The position numbers and the translations under genes were made by a program. DNA of 64,000 nucleotides from assembly GCA_965232515.1 (NCBI GenBank), contig CBDDPY010000002.1:6272001-6336000 (forward strand), written 5' to 3'. The notes below the pieces were generated by a model, which did no database searches, was not told where the DNA came from, and saw only the letters and a program-made list of their open reading frames with translations. The stretch comes from Alphaproteobacteria bacterium (lineage in GTDB: Bacteria; Pseudomonadota; Alphaproteobacteria; GCA-2731375). The number at the start of each line of letters is the position of its first letter. Positions within the stretch are counted from its first letter, which is position 1. Shown here piece by piece: positions 54,783 through 62,446 of the stretch.

Positions 54783-54815
54783 AAGAAAAGAGGGGAGGGC
54801 AAAGGCCCTCCCCTC
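54783..54815 (-). terminator. Rho-independent terminator after symporter gene
   Basis: GAGGGGAGGGC-CTTT-GCCCTCCCCTC followed by TTTTCTT on minus strand. Confidence 0.75.
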
Positions 54816-54849
54816 AACAGACGCGACATCAGAACATGTTCGCCGCCGG

Positions 54850-56814
54850 TCACTCCGCCGGTTGCGTGACGTCGCCGATATCTTCGGCCAGCACCTCGAT
54901 TTCCTTCTCGGGCACTGTCGACATTTCCATCTTGTAGGCCAGGAACCACATCATGGCCACGCCCAGCAGCCAGAACAGGATCTGCCAGGCCCAGATCGAC
55001 GGGATGCCGAAGGTCCAGCCTTCGACCCCGGCGTCCGGCGCGCCGAAAATGTCGTTGCCGATCACGGCGCCCGGGCCGATGCCGAAGAACAGCCAGGCGA
55101 TGGTGACGATCCAAGCCACCGGTACCAGCTTCTTCTTATCGGCCGACAGGCCCGCATGCTCACGCAGGAACTCGTGATACTTCATGCGGTGCGACATCGC
55201 CTCGTTGCTCTGGGTCATCGCCGAGACGATCACGCAGACGACGAGGTTGAACATGATACCCCAACCGGCCGAATGCATGGTCCACGGCCACCGGCCCCAG
55301 GGCAGCTCGAAGCCGAAGAAGGCCGCGATGCTGAGGCCGAAGTTCTCGGTGAAAATCACCGCCAGCAGACCGAACACCAGACCCCAGGTCGCACCCTGTC
55401 GGGTGATCCACGGGAACCAGCAGACGGCGGCCAGCGATGGCCACATCTGGAACCCGAAGGCCACGGCCAGACCGCCCAGCAGGACAATGGCGTCGGTCGA
55501 GATCGTAGCGACGGTCAAAGCCGCCAGCACGATAAAGGCGACGCCAATGCGGCCGAACAGCTTCTGCGTGACGTGCGACGCTGTCGGGTTCAGATACTTC
55601 TTGTAAAGATCGCGCGTCAGCATGCCGCCGGCGGTGGACATATAGGCCGCCCCCGTCGACTGCATGGCCGCCAGCGCACAGACCGCCAACAGGCCCATCA
55701 GCCAGGGCGCGGCATCCGCGATCTGGTTGATGTAGAACGGCACGATCTTGTTCGGCACGGCCGAGATCTGCTCGGGATCGAGCACCTGCGCGATGGACAT
55801 TCCGGCCGCGTTCACGTCGGCGTTGGCGCCGAGAAGATTGCCGCCCATGCCCTGCGCCGCGGTGAAGAAGAACAGGATCAGGCCGATGCCAAGCGAGGAG
55901 GCCCAGACCTGCTGCGGCGCGAACGGCGTTGGGTCGGTATTGGAGAACGCCCACATAGAGAACGCCGGCGAGGACTGAATGCCCATCAACGCGAACATGT
56001 AGGTCAGCACCATAATGCCGGTCCATGGACCGCCGATCGCCTGGGCGCCGGCTGGCACGAACTGGATCACGCCGGGAATGGCGAAATAGGCGTTGTAGTC
56101 GCCGCCGCCATAACCTTGCGTCGTGCCCCATTTGCCGATGTCGGTCTTGGCCAGTTCGGCCAAGCCGGCATTCAATGCGCCCCAGCCGCCGGCAAGGTTG
56201 TAGGCAATGAAGCCGATCACGACGATGCCGAAGGCCAGCAGAATGCACTGCAGCGTGTCCACGTAAGCCACGGCGCGAAGCCCGCCGGAGGCCACATAGA
56301 TCAGCACCACCAGCGATAGCACCCACATGCCGAAGGTCTGATTGACAAAGCCGTCGGTCAGCACGTTGAACAGCGAACCCGAAGCCGCGAGCTGCAGGCC
56401 GAGATACGGGATCGAGAACAGCAGCGCGACGATCACCACCAGGATGCGGATAAAGTCGCCCTGGAAGTAGTCGGACAGCATCTCGCCCGGCGTGACATAG
56501 CCGAAACGCTTGCCCAGCATCCATTGGCGCTTGAGGAACATGACGCCGGTGAACGGAATGGTGATCGTGTAGAACGACGCGTAGGCGTACTGGAAGCCGT
56601 CGCGATAGATCAGCCCTGGATGGCCCATGAAGGTCCACCCTGAGAACGACGTCGCCGTCGCCGCCAGCACGAACACCCAGATCGACAACCGGCGGCCGGC
56701 AATGAAATAGTCGGACGCCGTCTTTGCCGTCATGGCGCCCCGGATGCCCCAATAGATGCAGTAAACCCAATACAGGGCAACAAAGGCGAATAACCAGACT
56801 ACCTTCGCTTCCAT
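54850..56814 (-). CDS. Sodium:solute symporter (SSS/SLC5) family protein
   Basis: DYFIAGR, ATSFSGWTFMGHPG, YVASGGLRAVAYVD, LAAMQST, LTRDLY; AGGAGGGAG SD. Confidence 0.93.
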   Translation of the reverse strand: MEAKVVWLFAFVALYWVYCIYWGIRGAMTAKTASDYFIAGRRLSIWVFVLAATATSFSGWTFMGHPGLIYRDGFQYAYASFYTITIPFTGVMFLKRQWMLGKRFGYVTPGEMLSDYFQGDFIRILVVIVALLFSIPYLGLQLAASGSLFNVLTDGFVNQTFGMWVLSLVVLIYVASGGLRAVAYVDTLQCILLAFGIVVIGFIAYNLAGGWGALNAGLAELAKTDIGKWGTTQGYGGGDYNAYFAIPGVIQFVPAGAQAIGGPWTGIMVLTYMFALMGIQSSPAFSMWAFSNTDPTPFAPQQVWASSLGIGLILFFFTAAQGMGGNLLGANADVNAAGMSIAQVLDPEQISAVPNKIVPFYINQIADAAPWLMGLLAVCALAAMQSTGAAYMSTAGGMLTRDLYKKYLNPTASHVTQKLFGRIGVAFIVLAALTVATISTDAIVLLGGLAVAFGFQMWPSLAAVCWFPWITRQGATWGLVFGLLAVIFTENFGLSIAAFFGFELPWGRWPWTMHSAGWGIMFNLVVCVIVSAMTQSNEAMSHRMKYHEFLREHAGLSADKKKLVPVAWIVTIAWLFFGIGPGAVIGNDIFGAPDAGVEGWTFGIPSIWAWQILFWLLGVAMMWFLAYKMEMSTVPEKEIEVLAEDIGDVTQPAE

Positions 56815-57189
56815 GATCTAACTCCCTCCTGTGTGGAGGCCCGTCGTCATACGGATTGCGACGGGTCCCGCAGAAAAGCAGTCGCGCCAGCGTGCGGCTG
56901 GCGCCATGGCGCAAGGCTGCGGCCGCCGGGAACCAATCCCGCCGGAGCAATCGAAACACTGGTTTGCCGCAACCACGTGACGCCCACTCCCCTTGGTGGC
57001 GCCGGTTCGATCCCGGCGACGCCCAAACCGTGAGGTCCGGGAGTTCGCCGACCGGGACCGGCATTGCCCTCATTTTCTCGTCGTGACGAACTTCGCCACG
57101 ACGGTCGACGTTGGGTCGCACCTTGTCGCCGGCGCGATCCCGCGGGCCGAGGGCGATCTTAATCGCCATCGATTCGCGCAGGCGAATTG

Positions 57190-57288
57190 TTCACATATTA
57201 TGGAAAACCGTCAATAACATATTGAATCAAAAGAAAATTCTTGTAAATTAATTTATTGGAATTCTGGTTAATATTGTAAATATGTGAA
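57190..57288. promoter_or_regulatory. AT-rich divergent promoter with repeated operator-like motifs
   Basis: TTGTAAA at 57241-57247 and 57274-57280; inverted pair TTCACATATT (57190-57199) / AATATGTGAA (57279-57288). Confidence 0.55.
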
Positions 57289-57319
57289 TGCCTCGATTGT
57301 CGATGGGAAGGGGCAGGGA

Positions 57320-58951
57320 ATGGCGGCTAGCACCTTGATGGGAAACAAGATTCGCGAGCGTCGCCGAGAGCTGGAGATTTCTCAGCGGGAGCTCGCGCAA
57401 CGCGTCGGCATCTCACCGAGCTATATGAACCTGATCGAGAACGACCGCCGGTCGGCCACCGCCGTGCTGCAGGTCGAGATCGCCCGGGCGCTGGATGTCG
57501 ATGTGAAGACGTTTGCCGAGGACGCCGAGGCGATCGTCGCGGCTGACCTGGTCGAAGCGTTTTCCGACCCGCTTTTCGATTCCGTCCCGGCGGGCGAGTC
57601 TGAGCTTCGGCAGCTGGCGTTGCGTCATCCGGCGGTGGGCGGCGCGATGCTGGCGCTCTATCGCGCCTACCGAAACAATCTCGATGAACTCGCCGCCATC
57701 TCCGAACGGCTGTCTGATGATCAATATCTGGACGATGCCGATTTCGAATTTCGCTCGTTGTTGACGACTGTCCGGTCTTCATCCGAGATCCTGCGTGACA
57801 ATGCCGACATGCCGCTGGAACAACGGCAGCAATTCGTCGATGTGATCCTGAAGGACAGCGAGCGTCTGTCGCCGGTGATCGATCGACTCCTGGGGCGGGC
57901 GACCGCGGGCCAGTACCGGGACGTGGGCGTCGCGCGCTCGGCCGCGGACGAGGTCGCCGACGCGTTTCAGTCCTGGAACAACTATCTGGCCGTCCTGGAA
58001 GACGCCGCTGAAGCGCTGGTGCCGACGTTGGGTTCTGCCGGTCATGCAAGCCATCCCGGACTGATTGCGTATCTACATGACGCCCATCGCGTAACTGTGG
58101 AAATTGTCGGTGCCGGCGAGCTTGGCGGCGCGGTTCGGTTTTTTTCGCCTACGTCGAAACGGCTGATGCTCTCGGACGAGCTGAGCCACGGCAGCCAGAC
58201 ATTTCAGTTGGCTGTACAGATCGGGTTGCTGGAACTGCAGCCGGCGTTCGACGAGATCATTTCCGAAGCGACCTTCAGCGGCGAGGCGAGCCGTGTATTG
58301 TGTCGTATCGCGCTGGCGAACTACTTCGCGGCGGCTCTGTTGATGCCCTACGGTTCGTTTCTGGCTGCCGCGCGGGAGTTGCGCTACGACATCGACCGGC
58401 TGCGGAGCCGCTACGGCGTCAGTTTCGAGCAGGCCTGTCACCGGCTGACGACGCTGCAGCGACCGGGCGACAGCGGCGTCCCGTTTCATCTGATCCGCGT
58501 CGATATCGCCGGCAATATTTCGTTGCGGTTCAGCGCCTCGGGCATACGCATCCCGCGTTACGGCGGTGCCTGTCCCCGCTGGAACGTGCATGCTGCGTTT
58601 TTGACGCCGGGTGAAATTGTGACCCAGCTTGGCGTGATGCCCGATGGCCGGACCTTCTTCACCGTTGCCCAAACGGTCAGCAAAGGCGGCGCGTTCGGCG
58701 CGCCGCGCAGTCACCTGTCGATCGCCCTTGGCTGCGATGCGAGCCATGCCGACCAGCTTGTCTATGCCGACGGTGTGGACCTTCAGGACCTCGAACGCGC
58801 AATGCCGGTCGGCGTCAGCTGCCGCATCTGCGAGCGGCTGGATTGCCGACAACGGGCGTTTACGCCGATCAGCCATCGGCTCGAACTGGACACGAATCTG
58901 CGCGGGCCGTCGGTGCACGCCACGTTCCCCGTGCCGCTCGATACCGATTGA
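57320..58951 (+). CDS. Short-chain fatty acyl-CoA regulator family (ScfR/RamB/PrpR-like) XRE regulator with DHp-like insert
   Basis: XRE HTH (GISPSYMNLIENDRR), LANYFAAALLMPY, VSFEQACHRLTTLQRPG, RVDIAGNIS, GGACPRWNVH, C-terminal CRICERLDCRQRA. Confidence 0.92.
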   Translation: MAASTLMGNKIRERRRELEISQRELAQRVGISPSYMNLIENDRRSATAVLQVEIARALDVDVKTFAEDAEAIVAADLVEAFSDPLFDSVPAGESELRQLALRHPAVGGAMLALYRAYRNNLDELAAISERLSDDQYLDDADFEFRSLLTTVRSSSEILRDNADMPLEQRQQFVDVILKDSERLSPVIDRLLGRATAGQYRDVGVARSAADEVADAFQSWNNYLAVLEDAAEALVPTLGSAGHASHPGLIAYLHDAHRVTVEIVGAGELGGAVRFFSPTSKRLMLSDELSHGSQTFQLAVQIGLLELQPAFDEIISEATFSGEASRVLCRIALANYFAAALLMPYGSFLAAARELRYDIDRLRSRYGVSFEQACHRLTTLQRPGDSGVPFHLIRVDIAGNISLRFSASGIRIPRYGGACPRWNVHAAFLTPGEIVTQLGVMPDGRTFFTVAQTVSKGGAFGAPRSHLSIALGCDASHADQLVYADGVDLQDLERAMPVGVSCRICERLDCRQRAFTPISHRLELDTNLRGPSVHATFPVPLDTD

Positions 58952-58960
58952 GGGAGTGGG

Positions 58961-61723
58961 TTATTCGGCGGCCGCGCGGGCGTCCGACACCCGCGACGTC
59001 AGCGGGATCGCGAACGAAAAAGTGGCGCCGACGCCGGGACGGCTCTCGACCCAGATGTCGCCGCCTAAGTAGTCCAGAATTTCCCGACAGATAGCGAGCC
59101 CCAGGCCGCTGCCCATGGGCTTCTCCGTCAATGTATCGCCGCCCTGGCGGAACTTATCGAAAATCGTTTGCTTGTCCTTAGGCGCAATACCGGGACCGTT
59201 GTCGGTGACGTCGACCCGGATGCGCTCGGCCTCCGCCGTAAGGCGGATGCGCGCCCAGCCGTCCTTGTCGGGCACGAACTTCACGGCATTCGACAACAGG
59301 TTGATCATCACCTGCATGACCCGGTCCCGGTCGGCGGGTGCCGGCGGCAAGGTTTCCGGCGCCTCGACAACAAGCTCGACAGATTTCTCCCGGAACAATT
59401 GTCCGGTTGCCGCCACGGCCTCATCCAAGACCTGCCGCAGGTCGAGCGGTTCTATCCGCCACTCGGCCTGCCCGGCCTCCAACCGGGCCAGGTCGAGCAC
59501 CTGGTTGATCAGGCGGGTCAGCCGCTCGCTCTCGCGGATGATGATGGTCAGGAACTCGCGTCGTTTCTCGGCGTCGAGATCAGGATCATCGAACAGAATC
59601 TCCGAGAACGAGCGGATCGAGGTCAACGGTGTTCGCAGTTCATGCGTAATGGTGCTGAGGAAGCTGTCCTTCAGGCGGTCAAGCTCCTTCAGCCGGTCAT
59701 TCGCCTCGCGCAGCTCGTTTGTCGCCTGCTCGAGCTGCCAGGACTTCTCCTCCAGCTGACGGCTGTATTGAATGACCTGAGAGGCCTCGTCCAGGATCTC
59801 CATGACCTCGCCGATGCCGAGCGGCTCCTCGGCGACGACGGACGAGACCATCACCCTGGCCGACGCCGCCCCGATCGAGCCCGCCAGCATCCGTTCGGCG
59901 AAGTTCACCAGGCTGGCATCGGCATGCTGCATGGCCGCCAGATCGACGCCGCGGCCGGTCGCGTAGTTGGTGAAGGCCTGGTCGGCGCGATCTCTGCCGA
60001 CGAAACGGGCGACGAGCGCATGCAGATCGTCGATGCTGGCCGTGCCGCGCCAGAACTGCGGTCCGCCGTCCTTGGCCGAGTGCTGGAACACGTCGACGAA
60101 CAGGATGGCCTGCGTTCTCTCGAGCGCAGACTGGCGGCTGGCCATCGAAACACCGACATACAGGCCGATATTGGCCAACAGGCTCCAGAACAGCGAATGT
60201 GTGATGCCATCGAGGCCGCCGAGGCCGAACAGCGCGTAGGGACGCAGCAGCTCGATACCCAGCGGGCCGTCGGTCAAGAAGCTCTGTGGCAGCCAGCCGG
60301 ATTGCGCGAAGGCCGGCAGTAGCAGCGTATAGGTCCAGACGACGAAGCCGCCCAGCAGCCCGGCCAACGCGCCGAGTCGGCTGCCGCCTGACCAGTAGAT
60401 GCCGCCCAGGATGACAGGGGCGAATTGGGCCGCGGCGGCGAACGACACCAGGCCGATGGTGACCAGCGCGTAGGATTCGCCGATGCGCCGAAAATAGATG
60501 TACCCCAGCAGCACGATCACGGCGATGCTGACGCGGCGGATCGTCAGCAGCAGCGGGCCGAGTTCTTCCCGTTCAGACAGCCGCAGCCGGCGGATGCGCA
60601 ACAGGATCGGCATCACCAGGTCGTTACAGACCATGGTGCTGAGCGCGATCGTGGCGACGATCACCATCGCGGTCGCCGCCGACAGGCCGCCGATGAAGAC
60701 CAGCAGCGCCAGGAACTGCTGCTGCTCGGCCATGGGCAACGTCAGCACGAAGGTGTCGGCATCGACCTCGCCACCGGGGAAGCGCATGAGCCCGCCGAAA
60801 GCGATCGGCAGCACGAAGATGTTGATCACCAGCAGATAGAGCGGGAACAGCCACATGGCCGTCCGCAGGTGATCCTCGCTCTTGTTCTCGATCACCGCGA
60901 CCTGGAACTGCCGCGGCAGGAACATGATCGCCATCATCGACAGCAGCGTCAGCGAGGCCCAGCCGCCGTACTCGCGTGGCCCGCCATCGAACGTGAACAG
61001 GCTGGCGATTCGAGGCGACTCGGCGGCCCGCGCGAACAGGTCGCCGAAGCCGTCGTAGATCCCGTAGGTGACGAAGATGCCGACGGCCAGAAACGCGATC
61101 AGCTTGACCACCGACTCGATGGCGACGGCCGCGACCATGCCCTCATGATGTTCCGTCGCATCGATATGGCGTGTGCCGAACAGAATGGCGAAGGCGGCGA
61201 GCAGCAGGGCGATGTAGAAGGCGCTGTCGCGCGGGAACGCGATATCGCCGATCTGCGTCGGCATGACGATGTCGGGATACTGCAGCAGGATCAGGAAGCT
61301 CGTCGACACCGCTTTCAGCTGCAGCGCGATATACGGCATGATCCCCACCACGGCGATGATCGTCACCAGGCCGCCCAGCAACGGGTCCTTGCCGTAGCGC
61401 GACGAGACGAAGTCGGCGATCGAGGTGATCCGATGCACCTTGCTGATGCGGATGATCTTGCGCAGGACGATCAGCCAGACCATGGCCATCAGCGTCGGGC
61501 CGATATAGATCGGCAGGAAGCCGATGCCCGTGGTCGCCGCCCGCCCGACGCTGCCGTAGAACGTCCAGGCCGTGCAGTAAACGGCGATCGACAGCGTGTA
61601 GATATAAGGGTTGTTGATCAGGCTGTGGCCGCGGTCCGAGCGCCGGTCGCCCCAGGAGGCGACGGCGAACAGGACGCCGAGATAGACCAGCGCGACCAGC
61701 AGGATGACGGAACCCTGAAGCAC
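58961..61723 (-). CDS. SSS(SLC5)-STAC-fused sensor histidine kinase (CrbS/CbrA-like, no PAS or receiver)
   Basis: VYCTAWTFYGSVG, SIADFVSSRYGK, FLPRQFQV, STAC-like AERMLAGSIGAASAR, H box THELRTPL, N box NLLSNAVKF, DNGPG, GSGLGL. Confidence 0.93.
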   Translation of the reverse strand: MLQGSVILLVALVYLGVLFAVASWGDRRSDRGHSLINNPYIYTLSIAVYCTAWTFYGSVGRAATTGIGFLPIYIGPTLMAMVWLIVLRKIIRISKVHRITSIADFVSSRYGKDPLLGGLVTIIAVVGIMPYIALQLKAVSTSFLILLQYPDIVMPTQIGDIAFPRDSAFYIALLLAAFAILFGTRHIDATEHHEGMVAAVAIESVVKLIAFLAVGIFVTYGIYDGFGDLFARAAESPRIASLFTFDGGPREYGGWASLTLLSMMAIMFLPRQFQVAVIENKSEDHLRTAMWLFPLYLLVINIFVLPIAFGGLMRFPGGEVDADTFVLTLPMAEQQQFLALLVFIGGLSAATAMVIVATIALSTMVCNDLVMPILLRIRRLRLSEREELGPLLLTIRRVSIAVIVLLGYIYFRRIGESYALVTIGLVSFAAAAQFAPVILGGIYWSGGSRLGALAGLLGGFVVWTYTLLLPAFAQSGWLPQSFLTDGPLGIELLRPYALFGLGGLDGITHSLFWSLLANIGLYVGVSMASRQSALERTQAILFVDVFQHSAKDGGPQFWRGTASIDDLHALVARFVGRDRADQAFTNYATGRGVDLAAMQHADASLVNFAERMLAGSIGAASARVMVSSVVAEEPLGIGEVMEILDEASQVIQYSRQLEEKSWQLEQATNELREANDRLKELDRLKDSFLSTITHELRTPLTSIRSFSEILFDDPDLDAEKRREFLTIIIRESERLTRLINQVLDLARLEAGQAEWRIEPLDLRQVLDEAVAATGQLFREKSVELVVEAPETLPPAPADRDRVMQVMINLLSNAVKFVPDKDGWARIRLTAEAERIRVDVTDNGPGIAPKDKQTIFDKFRQGGDTLTEKPMGSGLGLAICREILDYLGGDIWVESRPGVGATFSFAIPLTSRVSDARAAAE

Positions 61724-61727
61724 GGGG

Positions 61728-61964
61728 CTATCCCGACGGTCCGCCGCGTTTGGCGGACGAACGCTGCGCGGTGGGCCGGACGACCAGCGCCAACAGCAGA
61801 ATCAGAGCCAGCCAGCAGGAAAACACGTAGACGAACTGGATGGGGATACCGAACAGCATACCGTCGACGCTGAACAACGACAGGATCGGATAGTTGAACA
61901 GCAGCAGCCCGAGGCACAGCAGACCGATCATCCGCTCCTGCAATATCCGGGGCCGTTGCATCAT
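61728..61964 (-). CDS. Small 2-TM membrane protein preceding the SSS-kinase
   Basis: LLLFNYPILSLF...FGIP...YVF..W; tightly packed in the operon. Confidence 0.75.
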   Translation of the reverse strand: MMQRPRILQERMIGLLCLGLLLFNYPILSLFSVDGMLFGIPIQFVYVFSCWLALILLLALVVRPTAQRSSAKRGGPSG

Positions 61965-61970
61965 CGGCCG

Positions 61971-62354
61971 CTACTCCGCCTGGCCGCTCTGCTGCAGCAG
62001 CGCCTCGACCTGGGAGATGACCTCGCGTGTCGAGAACGGCTTGGTGATGTAGTCGTCGGCGCCCAGCGCCAGGCCGGTTTCCCGTTCGACATCGCGGTGC
62101 TTGGCCGTCAGCATGACGATCTTGGTGCCGGTGAATTCCGGCTTGGCCCGCAGTTCGCGGCAAATATCGTAACCATTTCGATTGGGCAGCATGACGTCCA
62201 GCAATACAACATCCGGTGGCGCGGCAAGGGCCAAACGCAGGGCTTCGTCGCCGTCGGCCGCCGTGGTGACGGCATATCCCGCGCGTTCCATAATGAATTG
62301 CAGCGATAGGACGATATTCGGCTCATCGTCCACGATCAGGACGGACTTGGCCAT
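61971..62354 (-). CDS. Single-domain response regulator (receiver only)
   Basis: VLIVDDE, LLDVMLP (D53), MLTA, GADDYITKPF; 127 aa, no output domain. Confidence 0.93.
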   Translation of the reverse strand: MAKSVLIVDDEPNIVLSLQFIMERAGYAVTTAADGDEALRLALAAPPDVVLLDVMLPNRNGYDICRELRAKPEFTGTKIVMLTAKHRDVERETGLALGADDYITKPFSTREVISQVEALLQQSGQAE

Positions 62355-62446
62355 GATGGCTTCCGCTCCCTTCCGACGCGTTCGCGTCCTCGGTCCCTGC
62401 GTAGGCGGCGCTTCGTGGTACCGCCCGTTTTTTTCCGCAGGCTATC

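Noticed and set aside
57001-57025. Perfect tRNA T-arm mimic GCCGG-TTCGATC-CCGGC
   Set aside because: No matching 5' acceptor strand, D arm, anticodon arm or CCA, and no integrase nearby.
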